Source of the DNA: Xanthomonas campestris pv. campestris str. ATCC 33913
Lineage (GTDB): Bacteria > Pseudomonadota > Gammaproteobacteria > Xanthomonadales > Xanthomonadaceae
Length of the DNA: 32,000 nucleotides
Assembly (NCBI RefSeq): GCF_000007145.1
Contig: NC_003902.1
Location: 4,316,497 to 4,348,496 of the forward strand
Direction: 5' to 3'
Shown in pieces: positions 16,761 to 26,845 of the stretch. Both the position numbers and the translations under genes were made by a program. Numbering within the stretch: position 1 is the first letter of the stretch; each line of letters opens with the position of its first letter. The notes beneath the pieces were generated by a model that saw only the letters and a list, made by a program, of their open reading frames with translations, made no database searches and was not told where the DNA came from.

Positions 16761-18194
16761 TCACCGCGCCGGCGTGACGAACACCGGGTTGGAATAGAAC
16801 CACAGATCCTGCCAGGGATCTTCGCCGGCGCCATCTGGCTGCGGGGTGGGTTCGTCCGTGTTGCTGCCGCGCACGCGCACGAAGCCACCACCGGCCAACT
16901 CCGGCACGTCCACCTGCGCGCTCAGCCAACCGTCCTGCGACAGCAACGCCGCGCGCGCAATGCGATGCACCTGCGTGCGCACACCGCCGCCACGCTGCGT
17001 GCCACCGGTGATGACCTCCAGCTGCGCCACCTGCGGACGCTGGCCGTGGCGGTTGGGCTGCTGCGGTTCGTGCATGCGCACGCGCACTTGCAGCGTCGTG
17101 CCTGCCACAGCCTGCAGCGTGCCGCCCATCCCGGCGTGCGCGCGGGCGCGGCCATCGGCCGCAACCGACTCCACACGCAGCTCCAGTGCATCGATCAGAT
17201 CGCCGGTCACCGCAAAACTCTGCCCGGCCCGCAACGCGCGCAGGATGTCGGCCGGATCGCGGTGCGCCCACACATAGGTCTTGCTGTATTCGCCCGGGTC
17301 GAATTCCGCCCCGCCATCACGCCAGTTGCGGTGCGAATCGGAGGTGGCGGTGATCCAGAAATGGCGGCCTTCGGCCAGCAGGCTGTCCCACACGCCGCCC
17401 ACCTGTGCGGTCATCTGGTCGAAGCCCCCCAACGTCGGCGCGCCGGCATTGCGATACAGCCCACGATGCGCGGTGTCGGCCTGGTGCCCGGGTGCGCCTT
17501 CCATGCCGATCACCACCTGCGGCGCAGCGTCCTGCCATGCACGCAACTCCGCCGGAGTGACCTTGCCCCAGACCCCGGGCGCTGTTGCTGTGCGCGAAGG
17601 ATGGTTGACGATCAGCAGCGGCTGCGGCTGCATCGCCTGCATGGCGTGCAGCGCCGCCAGCATCGCCGGCTCGGTATCGCGGAGGCTGCCGTCCAGCAGT
17701 TCGGCGCGGTTGTAGTCGCGCTCCAGCCGCTCCAGCTGCGCTTGCTCGTCGGCACCCGGTGCGATGATCAGCGACGCATGCTCGGCCGCCGGCACATCGA
17801 ATTCCATCCCATGGAACTGGATCAGCGCCGGCACCGCGCGCCTGGCCTGCTGCAGCGCTGGCCAGGCCTGGGTGCGGGTCACCCGCGAATGGCCCGGGCC
17901 GCCATGATCGGTATGCACCATCCACGCAAGCCCGTTGGCGGCGGCCTGCTGCGCATTGCGGCTGCGCGTGTACGGCGAATCACCGCCGCGGATCGGCGTG
18001 GGCGGCGTCGTGGACCGGTCCCAGGTCACGCTCCATTCGCTATGCACATGATGGTCGCCGGCCAGCCACTGGCGTGGCGCGGCGTCCTGGTCTGTGGCAG
18101 CCGGCGGCGCGGTATCAACCTCCACCTGCGCCGCCGGCGCCGCGCTGCTCAGCAACAGGCACACGGCCGCCGCGAGGGTCTGCAGCGTGCGCAT
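16761..18194 (-). CDS. Secreted PHP-like (CehA/McbA-type) metal-dependent hydrolase
   Basis: 477 aa with signal peptide MRTLQTLAAAVCLLLSSAAPAAQ. His-rich metal motifs are GDHHVHSEWS, MVHTDHGGPG, VNHPSR and TATSDSH. Its ATG overlaps the stop of the upstream TonB-dependent receptor (TGATG at 18192-18196). Confidence 0.7.
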   Translation of the reverse strand: MRTLQTLAAAVCLLLSSAAPAAQVEVDTAPPAATDQDAAPRQWLAGDHHVHSEWSVTWDRSTTPPTPIRGGDSPYTRSRNAQQAAANGLAWMVHTDHGGPGHSRVTRTQAWPALQQARRAVPALIQFHGMEFDVPAAEHASLIIAPGADEQAQLERLERDYNRAELLDGSLRDTEPAMLAALHAMQAMQPQPLLIVNHPSRTATAPGVWGKVTPAELRAWQDAAPQVVIGMEGAPGHQADTAHRGLYRNAGAPTLGGFDQMTAQVGGVWDSLLAEGRHFWITATSDSHRNWRDGGAEFDPGEYSKTYVWAHRDPADILRALRAGQSFAVTGDLIDALELRVESVAADGRARAHAGMGGTLQAVAGTTLQVRVRMHEPQQPNRHGQRPQVAQLEVITGGTQRGGGVRTQVHRIARAALLSQDGWLSAQVDVPELAGGGFVRVRGSNTDEPTPQPDGAGEDPWQDLWFYSNPVFVTPAR

Positions 18195-20848
18195 CAGAAG
18201 TTCGCCCGCAGGCCGAGCGAGTAGGTGCGCCCGTAGTCGGTATAGCCGGAGAACAGGTGGTCGCCGACATACATGTTCTGCACCTCACCGGTCAGGTTGA
18301 TGGCATTGGCGAACACGGCCAGCGCCGGGGTGATCTGCCAGGAAATATTGCCGTCCAGCGTGCCGTAGGCGCGGGTGTTGTTGGTGGCGATATCGGCGGT
18401 GCCCACCGAGTTGACGATGTCGTCGCGCCAGCTGTAACTCAGCCGCACCGACAGCGGCCCCTTCTCGTAGAAACCGACCAGGTTGTAGCTGTTCTTGGCC
18501 ACAACTTCCAACGCATCCTGGAAGGTGGTGTCTCCGTCCACGTAGTTGGCTTCGCTGTCGGTCCAGGTGTAGTTGGCCTGCATGCCCAGGCCATCGAACG
18601 GCGCCGGCAAGCCGGTGAAGACCTGCTGCCAGGCCAGCTCCACGCCCTGTACCTTGGCTTTGCCACCGTTGACCTTGGACGAGAGCAGATAGCGGCGGCC
18701 CTGGTAGTCCAGGTTGGAGAATTGGGTCTGCACGAACCGGCTGATGTCCTTGTAGAACACGCCGGCCACCAGCGCCGACGACGGCGAGGTGTACCACTCG
18801 AAGGTGAGGTCGTACTGCAGTGCCTCGAACGGCTCCAGGTTCGGGTTGCCGCCGCTGGCGGTGAGCACTTCGCCGCTGGAATTGAAGGTGAGCTTGGAAG
18901 ACAGATCAGTGAGATCCGGGCGGGTGATCACCTTGGCCGCGGCGCCGCGCAGCACCATGGTCGGGCGCAGGTCGTAGGCCACGTTCAAGGACGGCAGCAC
19001 ATCGTTGTAGCTGCGCTCGAACACCACCGGTTGTGCGGCGCCGTCGAGATTGGCATGGCCTTCGGTGCGTTGTTGAGTATGCACGCCGCGGACACCGACA
19101 TTGCCGCGCACATCGCGCCCGCCCAGTGGCGTGGAGAATTCCAGCATCGCATACGCCGAGCTAATGTCTTCGAGCACGCGGTAGGAATTTTGCAGGTCTT
19201 CGCTGGTGGGGCTGTTGGCCAGATCCGCCGCAGTCGGCCAGTCACCCCAGAACGGCGCTTCGCTCGGTGCCAGCCACTGCCGCGGCAGTTGCCCGTTACC
19301 ACCGTCCAGCATGTCGCTCACCGGCAATGAGGGGTAGAAATAGCTGGCATCAAAGCGCCGGCCGGCAATGCTGTTGTTGACCAGGTCGGTGCGGTCATAG
19401 CGGCGCTCGCGGGTGCGGTATTTGGCGCCCAGCTTGAGCGCACTGAACACGCCGCCTTCCAGCATGCGGTCGGCATCGAACTGCAGCGCGCGCTCGTGGT
19501 CTACCGCGTCGATGATGCGCCACTCCAGCCGGCGGCCTGGCGTCTGCGCCGGATCGGTCGGGTCATAGCCATCGGTGAAGGACCACTGCGGCAGATTGTT
19601 GCCGGAGGCGGTGGGGAACACCACGCGCTGATCGACGGTGGTGCCGGTGCGCAGACGGGTGCGGCGGATCGGTGCATCGTTCCAGCTGTGCGCACGCGAC
19701 ACAAAGCCGGTGCCCTGCAGCTTCCACGCATTGCCCTGCCAGGCACCGCTGAAACGCACGCTGCGGTTTTCGTCGGTCATGCCGGAGGTTTCGCGCGAGA
19801 GCTGCACCTGGCCGTTCTGGTAATCGAACGCGGTGACCGCATTGCCGGCGATGCTGAGATTGCGCATGTTGCGCGGCTCCCAGCCGGTGCCGATCGCGAA
19901 CTCGTCGTAGTCCACCTGCTGGCGCGCGTAGAACAGGTCAAGGTTGAATTCCAGCGCCTCGCTGGGCGCGAACTGGATCGAGCTGGCCACGCCGATCCGC
20001 TTGCGCTGCTCCAGTTCCAGTGTCGGGCGGATGGCCGAGGGCGCGTAGATGGCGCCGGTATCGGCAATGCCATCGCCGTTGCCGTCGATACCATCGGCGT
20101 AGTGCTCCCAGTAGGTTTCGTTGACACGATCCTGGCGCAGACTGCGCTCGGCGTAGGCAGCGGCGAACAGCACACCCAGGCTCTTGTCGGCATTGACCCA
20201 GTTGTACAGGCCGGACACGCGCGGGTCGTTCTCATCGGCCAGCTGCGGGTGGCTGAGTTCGGCCGACAGATGCGTTTCTGCATTGCCCAATTGCAGCGGA
20301 CGAAAGGTCTTGACGTTGACCACGCCGCCGATGGCGCCTTCATCCAGCGCGGCGGTCGGGCTCTTGATCACTTCCAGGCCCGACACCAGTTCGGCCGGCA
20401 AGGTGTCGAAGCGGAACTGGCGGCCGGTCTGCCCGGAATTGCGCACGTTCTCGTTCACCGCCATGGTCTGCCCATTGAGCGTGGTGACCTGAAAATTCGG
20501 CCCCAGGCCGCGCACGCGCACATACACGCCTTCGCCGCGATCACGTTCGATCGTCACACCCGGCAGGCGTTGCAGTGCTTCGGCCACGTTCTGCGCAGGC
20601 AACTTGCCGATGTCTTCGGCTTCGATCGAATCGATCACGCTGGGCGCATAGCGTTTGTCGTTGAGCGCACGCTCCAGGCTGGACGCATAGCTGCCCAATA
20701 CCTGCACGCGATCCAGCTCGGTGGTCTGCGTGAACGTAGCGCCGGCCTGTTGTGCCTGCACGGTGGCGGAGGTGAGCGCGGCAGTGACGGCGAGCATCAG
20801 CACGGCATGGCGAGGACGACGCGCAGGATGCACGGGAGCAAAGGTCAT
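18194..20848 (-). CDS. TonB-dependent outer-membrane receptor
   Basis: The track ORF 18194..21685 is over-extended. ATG 20848 gives MTFAPVHPARRPRHAVLMLAVTAALTSATVQAQ (signal peptide). A plug domain follows (DSIEAEDIGKLPAQNVAEALQRLPGVTIERDRGEG...RVRGLG), then a long beta-barrel ending YSLGLRANF (terminal Phe). Confidence 0.92.
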   Translation of the reverse strand: MTFAPVHPARRPRHAVLMLAVTAALTSATVQAQQAGATFTQTTELDRVQVLGSYASSLERALNDKRYAPSVIDSIEAEDIGKLPAQNVAEALQRLPGVTIERDRGEGVYVRVRGLGPNFQVTTLNGQTMAVNENVRNSGQTGRQFRFDTLPAELVSGLEVIKSPTAALDEGAIGGVVNVKTFRPLQLGNAETHLSAELSHPQLADENDPRVSGLYNWVNADKSLGVLFAAAYAERSLRQDRVNETYWEHYADGIDGNGDGIADTGAIYAPSAIRPTLELEQRKRIGVASSIQFAPSEALEFNLDLFYARQQVDYDEFAIGTGWEPRNMRNLSIAGNAVTAFDYQNGQVQLSRETSGMTDENRSVRFSGAWQGNAWKLQGTGFVSRAHSWNDAPIRRTRLRTGTTVDQRVVFPTASGNNLPQWSFTDGYDPTDPAQTPGRRLEWRIIDAVDHERALQFDADRMLEGGVFSALKLGAKYRTRERRYDRTDLVNNSIAGRRFDASYFYPSLPVSDMLDGGNGQLPRQWLAPSEAPFWGDWPTAADLANSPTSEDLQNSYRVLEDISSAYAMLEFSTPLGGRDVRGNVGVRGVHTQQRTEGHANLDGAAQPVVFERSYNDVLPSLNVAYDLRPTMVLRGAAAKVITRPDLTDLSSKLTFNSSGEVLTASGGNPNLEPFEALQYDLTFEWYTSPSSALVAGVFYKDISRFVQTQFSNLDYQGRRYLLSSKVNGGKAKVQGVELAWQQVFTGLPAPFDGLGMQANYTWTDSEANYVDGDTTFQDALEVVAKNSYNLVGFYEKGPLSVRLSYSWRDDIVNSVGTADIATNNTRAYGTLDGNISWQITPALAVFANAINLTGEVQNMYVGDHLFSGYTDYGRTYSLGLRANF

Positions 20849-21044
20849 GAGGTTTTCCGATGGGGGAGGAGCCGGACCGCTCCCTGGCGGCCATGTCGGC
20901 GCGCGCCATGAAAAGAAATTCGTATGAAATGCTGATGACATGCGCGAGGTGTGCGAAGCGGCCACAAGCGCACCGCATCTTGCTGTGGCGCTGACATCAC
21001 AACGGTTACAGTGGAATTCCCGTTCGCTGACGCAGTCGCACGCC

Positions 21045-21851
21045 ATGGCTCTGGTTCCCGCTGTTTCCGACTGGAATCCCGCACCGTTGCAGGACCGCGT
21101 GGTGATCATCACCGGTGGTGCGCAAGGCATTGGCCGCGGCATTGCGCAGGCCGTGCTCGGTGCCGGCGGCAGCGTGGTGATTGGCGACCTGGATGCCGAT
21201 GCGGGCAAGGCCTGCCTGCAGGACTGGGCACTGCCGCGCCGCAGCGCCTTCGTGCGTGCCGACGCCGCGCGCGAACCACATGCCGCGCGCCTGGTCGCCA
21301 CCGCGCTCGAACGTTTCGGGCGGCTCGACGGCCTGGTCAACAACGCCGGCGTTCCCGACCCGCATATCGCCGCGCTGGCGCAACTGGAATGGCAGGAATG
21401 GCAGCGCCGGCTCTCGAGCCTGCATGGCGCGTTTCTGTGCAGCAAGCATGCCCTGCCCGCGCTCGCAAAGGCCGCCGATGGCGGCGCCATCGTCAACATC
21501 GCCTCCACGCGCGCCTGGCAATCCGAACCCCATAGCGAAGCGTATGCCGCCGCCAAAGGTGGCCTGGTGGCGATGACGCATGCGCTGGCGCTGAGCGAAG
21601 GCCCGCAGGTGCGCGTCAACAGCATCAGCCCTGGCTGGATCAGTACCGATGCCTGGCGTGCACCGGCGCGCCGACGCGCACCCAAGCTCTCGCGGCGCGA
21701 TCATGCCCAGCATCCGGTTGGCCGCGTCGGCACGCCGGAGGACATCGCGCAATTGGCGGTATATCTGCTGGCGCCGCAGCTGTCGGGCTTTGTGACCGGG
21801 CAGGACTTCATTGTCGACGGCGGCATGTCGCGCAAGATGCAGTACGTCTGA
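21045..21851 (+). CDS. Short-chain dehydrogenase/reductase (SDR) family oxidoreductase
   Basis: ORF 20940..21851 with likely start ATG 21045. Motifs: TGGAQGIGRGIA (cofactor binding), NNAG and the catalytic YAAAKGG (YxxxK). Confidence 0.88.
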   Translation: MALVPAVSDWNPAPLQDRVVIITGGAQGIGRGIAQAVLGAGGSVVIGDLDADAGKACLQDWALPRRSAFVRADAAREPHAARLVATALERFGRLDGLVNNAGVPDPHIAALAQLEWQEWQRRLSSLHGAFLCSKHALPALAKAADGGAIVNIASTRAWQSEPHSEAYAAAKGGLVAMTHALALSEGPQVRVNSISPGWISTDAWRAPARRRAPKLSRRDHAQHPVGRVGTPEDIAQLAVYLLAPQLSGFVTGQDFIVDGGMSRKMQYV

Positions 21852-22055
21852 GGCGGCATCGTCTGTGCGGCGAGTTTTATCTAGACACAGGTTGGTTGCG
21901 TATCCGCTGCAGCGCACGCAGCGGTGACTAGGCATTGCGAATCAACCAATCGCTGCGACATATCACCACCTGCACTAGAGCAAACATCGCGCGCGCAACT
22001 ACGCAGCGATGACGAACGTTGAGGCCATGGCGCGATTGCCACCACCCGTACCATC

Positions 22056-22733
22056 TCAGGCCAGCCGCGCTTCCAGCAACGTTTGCGCATCCATCAACGA
22101 GGCAACGATGCGATGGCCGAGCGCACGCACCTCGGCATCGGGCGCGAGCAGGTCCGGCACCTGGATCGGGGCCATGCCCGCAGCGAGTGCAGCACGCACG
22201 CCGGTGGGTGAATCTTCCAGCACCAGGCACTGCGCAGGGTCCACGCCCAGCGTGCGCGCGGCCAGCAGGTAGATATCCGGCGCCGGCTTGGGGTGCGCGA
22301 CATCGCTGGCGGTGCACACCGCATCGAAACGCCACAACAGATCGGAGGCAGCCAGCTTGCGCAACGCGAGCGGGCGCTGGGTGGAGGTGGCCACCGCACG
22401 CGGCATGCCGTGCGCGCCGAGGAACTCCAGCAGCGCAATGATGCCGGGTCGATGCGCAATGCCCGCGCTGACCGCGGCGTCGTACAAGCCTTGGCAGCGC
22501 GCCAGCACGTGCTCCATGGCCGTGGTGCCGATGCGCTCGCCAAGCAGGCGCCGGCACGCGGCATCACCGGTGCCGACCATGCGCAACCAGAATGCGGGCT
22601 CGATCTGCAGCCCATGCTCGTCGGCGGCCTGTGCCAGGCAGGCGGTAATGGCGCGCTCGCTGTCGAGCATCAGGCCATCCATGTCGAAGATCACCGCTTG
22701 CGGCCAGAACGGCAGCGGCGTGGTGGCGCTCAT
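22056..22733 (-). CDS. HAD-IA family hydrolase (phosphatase / beta-phosphoglucomutase-like)
   Basis: 225 aa. Motif I is VIFDMDGLMLDSE. Later motifs are ATST, KPAPDIY and LVLEDSPTGVRAALAAGM. Its start overlaps the rsuA stop (ATGA). Confidence 0.88.
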   Translation of the reverse strand: MSATTPLPFWPQAVIFDMDGLMLDSERAITACLAQAADEHGLQIEPAFWLRMVGTGDAACRRLLGERIGTTAMEHVLARCQGLYDAAVSAGIAHRPGIIALLEFLGAHGMPRAVATSTQRPLALRKLAASDLLWRFDAVCTASDVAHPKPAPDIYLLAARTLGVDPAQCLVLEDSPTGVRAALAAGMAPIQVPDLLAPDAEVRALGHRIVASLMDAQTLLEARLA

Positions 22734-23443
22734 GCGGCGTCACCGCGCCCGAACAACACTTCCAGATCGTCCGGCCCCAACGGGCGCCAATGCCCGGCGT
22801 CCAGCCCATCCAGCGACAGCCCGCCGATGCGGCTGCGGTGCAGCGCCACCACGTGGTTGCCGGCGGCGGCGAACATGCGGCGTACCTGGTGGTAGCGGCC
22901 TTCATGCAGGGTCAGCCGCGCCTGACGCGCGCCCAGCACCTCCAGCTCGGCCGGCAGCAGCGGCTTGGTTTCGCCTTCCAGCAGCAGCGTCCCGCTGGCG
23001 AACAAGGCCGCCTCATCGCCGCGCAGGTCCTCGGCCAGGGTGACGTCGTAGACCTTGTCCAACGCGGATTTGGGCGAAATGATCCGGTGCAGCAGCGCGC
23101 CGTCGTCGGTCATCAGCAACATGCCGCTGGTCTCGCGGTCCAGCCGCCCCACCGGCGCCAGCACCGGCGCACGCAGGCGAAAGCGCGGTGGCAGCAGCTC
23201 ATAGATGAGCCGGCCGGTGTCCTTGGTCGAGCAGGTGTAGCCGCTGGGTTTGTGCAGCAGCACGCTGAAGCCGGGCGGCGGATCCAGTGGCTCGCCATCG
23301 ATGCGGATCGCGGCGTGGTCCACCTGATCGTCGGCGTACAACACCTCGCCGGCCGCATCGGTGATGGCGCCCTGCCGGAACAGCTGCGTCACCTGCTTGC
23401 GGCTGCCATAGCCGAGATTGGCAATGTGCTTGACCAGCTTCAT
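22730..23443 (-). CDS. rsuA: 16S rRNA pseudouridine synthase (RsuA family)
   Basis: 237 aa with an N-terminal S4-like segment (MKLVKHIANLGYGSRKQV). The catalytic motif is VGRLDRETSGMLLMTDDG, followed by GRYHQVRRMF. Confidence 0.8.
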   Translation of the reverse strand: MKLVKHIANLGYGSRKQVTQLFRQGAITDAAGEVLYADDQVDHAAIRIDGEPLDPPPGFSVLLHKPSGYTCSTKDTGRLIYELLPPRFRLRAPVLAPVGRLDRETSGMLLMTDDGALLHRIISPKSALDKVYDVTLAEDLRGDEAALFASGTLLLEGETKPLLPAELEVLGARQARLTLHEGRYHQVRRMFAAAGNHVVALHRSRIGGLSLDGLDAGHWRPLGPDDLEVLFGRGDAA

Positions 23444-24507
23444 GCGCGCGCTCCTCGCCCGCGCACGGCGGCGATAAGCTTGAAGCCATCGCGCTCGGCC
23501 GCCACGCGGACCTGGCCGAAGCTGTCGTTGAGCACCTGCTCATAGGGCAGATGTCGGTTGGCCACCAGCAACAGTTGCCCGCCCGGGCGCAACGCCTGCG
23601 CGGCCACCGCGATGAAGCGTTGCCCGATGTCCGGCCGGTCGGCGCGCGAGGGCGTGTGGAACGGCGGGTTGCTGACAATGAAGTCGTATTGCGCGACCAG
23701 CCCGGCGGTGACATCGCGCCAGTGGTAGTGCAGCTGCGCCGGATGCGCGCTGCCTTGCAGGTTGCGCCGCGCCAGGTTCAGCGCACGCGCTTCGGCTTCG
23801 TAGACATCCAGTGCGGTGACCTTGGGGCACCGCGCCAGCACTTCGGCGGAGAGATAGCCGAAGCCGGCACCCAGATCGGCGCCATGGCCGGCCAGGGTGG
23901 TTGGCAGATGCTCGACCAGCAACGCCGACGCCGGGTCGATGCGGTCCCAGGCGAACACGCCCGGGCGGCTGACGAAGCGCCCGTCCAGGATCTTGCGCGG
24001 CGCATCCAGTGCCGCCCAGCGCGCCTGCAAGGCCGCATCGGTACTGCCCGGCAGCGGGCCGCTCCAGTACGTGCGGCAGTGATGCTTGGTGAGGCTGCCG
24101 GCCAGGCCGGTGAGCTGGCGCAAATCGGCCTCGCCCGAGCGCGCACCCTCGTTGTTGGATTGGCAGGCCACCACGCAGCCGCCGCGGGCGGTCAGCGCCA
24201 CCGCACGCGCAAACAGGGCGCGGGCCTCTTCGCGCTGGCGGGGCGGCAGCACCAGCACCATCGCATAGCGGGTGGTGTCGGCCTCGATCTCGGTTTCCTC
24301 GCGCACCTGCCAGCCGCTGCGCTCCAGCGCCTCGGCGAACGGGCGGAAGCTTTGTTCGCAGGTCAGCGCCTCGGCCACGGCATGCTCGCGCAGCGGCCAG
24401 CCATCGCGCGCGCGCAGGAACAGCACCGGGCCTTGTGGCCAGGACAGCACCCCTTGCGCGAACGGCAGGAACAGGGCTTGAAGCGGAGCATCGTGCGGGC
24501 CAGCCAT
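23440..24507 (-). CDS. rsmC: Class I SAM-dependent rRNA (guanine-N2) methyltransferase, RsmC-like
   Basis: 355 aa. It has the SAM-binding motif DLGAGFGYLS and the NPPFH catalytic motif, and its size matches the two-domain RsmC/RlmG family. Its stop overlaps the rsuA start (ATGA). Confidence 0.7.
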   Translation of the reverse strand: MAGPHDAPLQALFLPFAQGVLSWPQGPVLFLRARDGWPLREHAVAEALTCEQSFRPFAEALERSGWQVREETEIEADTTRYAMVLVLPPRQREEARALFARAVALTARGGCVVACQSNNEGARSGEADLRQLTGLAGSLTKHHCRTYWSGPLPGSTDAALQARWAALDAPRKILDGRFVSRPGVFAWDRIDPASALLVEHLPTTLAGHGADLGAGFGYLSAEVLARCPKVTALDVYEAEARALNLARRNLQGSAHPAQLHYHWRDVTAGLVAQYDFIVSNPPFHTPSRADRPDIGQRFIAVAAQALRPGGQLLLVANRHLPYEQVLNDSFGQVRVAAERDGFKLIAAVRGRGARA

Positions 24508-24654
24508 CGGATCATCGGGTCAGGAACAGGCCCCCATTGTAAGGGACCGGTGCGGGCTGCCTGCCGCGCTCGTTGCGGCGCCTATACGGGGTATTGATGC
24601 GCACGCAACATCCACCGACCTAGGCTGCAATTACGCCCACACTGGAGATACGCA

Positions 24655-24915
24655 ATGCGAGCCCTGTTCGTAGGTGGAGTTGTAGACAACAGCGAGATGG
24701 ACCTGGATGACACCCCGCCACCGCTGCATTACCCGGAAAACACCGGCGCCGGGCGGCCCCGCTACCGGCTGCATCAGGTCGGTGAACGCGACGACGGCAG
24801 CGTGGCCTACGCGGTGTATGGCGCGCCGGAAATGGCCGATGAGGAAGTCACCCGGATCAGCGAAGAACGCGACTACGCTCGCCGCTTCAATGCCTCTCCG
24901 GAAGCGCCGCGCTAG
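24655..24915 (+). CDS. Small acidic hypothetical protein (86 aa)
   Basis: GGAGA RBS 7 nt upstream of the ATG, G/C-rich third positions, and a strong terminator downstream. I recognise no family. Confidence 0.55.
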   Translation: MRALFVGGVVDNSEMDLDDTPPPLHYPENTGAGRPRYRLHQVGERDDGSVAYAVYGAPEMADEEVTRISEERDYARRFNASPEAPR

Positions 24916-24935
24916 CGGCCCACCGCACGCGCAGC

Positions 24936-24963
24936 AAAAAACCGGGCACTGCCCGGTTTTTTT
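24936..24963. terminator. Bidirectional Rho-independent terminator between convergent genes
   Basis: An A6 run, stem ccgggc / gcccgg with loop act, then a T7 run. Confidence 0.8.
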
Positions 24964-24977
24964 GTGCCGCGCCAGCC

Positions 24978-26312
<1,335 letters not shown>

Positions 26313-26400
26313 TGCGGGCGGAATCCTGAACAGTTGCGACAGTCGGGCATGATGCCGGTGACGCGCCTGCGAGAAGTAAACACCCTGTAAAGGCCGCCTG

Positions 26401-26706
26401 TCAGGGCATGACTTGCGGGGCGCCCAGCGGCATCGGATGCACCGCCACGATGCGATCCATCCAGATCCATTGCGGCTCCTGCGAGGCATCCAGATGGTCG
26501 ATGCGCAGCTGGCCATTGCTGCCTTCGCGCTCCTGTTCGTCGCGATAGGTCTGGATGGTGGGACGCACCGCCACGGTGCCGGCGATCATGCTGCCGTCGT
26601 CCAGCTCGATGCGCACGCGTTCCTGCCCGTCGAGCAGCTTCACCCAATGCTCCAGCGTGGCGATCTGCGCCTGTTCGGTATAGACATGGGGGGCGTATTT
26701 GGGCAT
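26401..26706 (-). CDS. Small conserved hypothetical protein (101 aa; possibly DUF3247-like)
   Basis: Clean ORF with high GC3 and a balanced composition (MPKYAPHVYTEQAQIATLEHWVKLLDGQERVRIELDDGS...). The family call comes from memory only. Confidence 0.6.
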   Translation of the reverse strand: MPKYAPHVYTEQAQIATLEHWVKLLDGQERVRIELDDGSMIAGTVAVRPTIQTYRDEQEREGSNGQLRIDHLDASQEPQWIWMDRIVAVHPMPLGAPQVMP

Positions 26707-26845
26707 CGCGCGATCTCCGAAAGTGGAGCCCGCACGCTAGGCCATCGGCCGTGAACGATGCAGCAAACACACCGAGTTGCCTGGTCGCCGAAATGCGATG
26801 CAATGCGGCAACCCGGCCGCATCGCATCGCATCATGCGCGTTGCA

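Noticed and set aside
16596-18224. 542-aa plus-strand ORF
   Set aside because: It is antisense to the PHP-like hydrolase gene, has an Arg/His/Ala-rich low-complexity product, and has no signal or domain motifs.
18074-20911. Two long plus-strand ORFs (18074..19330 and 19496..20911)
   Set aside because: Both are antisense to the TonB-dependent receptor, and their composition is typical of GC-rich shadow frames.
20849-21685. N-terminal 279-aa extension of the track ORF 18194..21685
   Set aside because: The extension is Ala/Arg/Ser/Cys-rich and overlaps the SDR gene on the opposite strand. The receptor has a proper signal peptide starting at ATG 20848.
23551-24597. 348-aa plus-strand ORF
   Set aside because: It is antisense to the rsmC-like methyltransferase and has shadow-frame composition.
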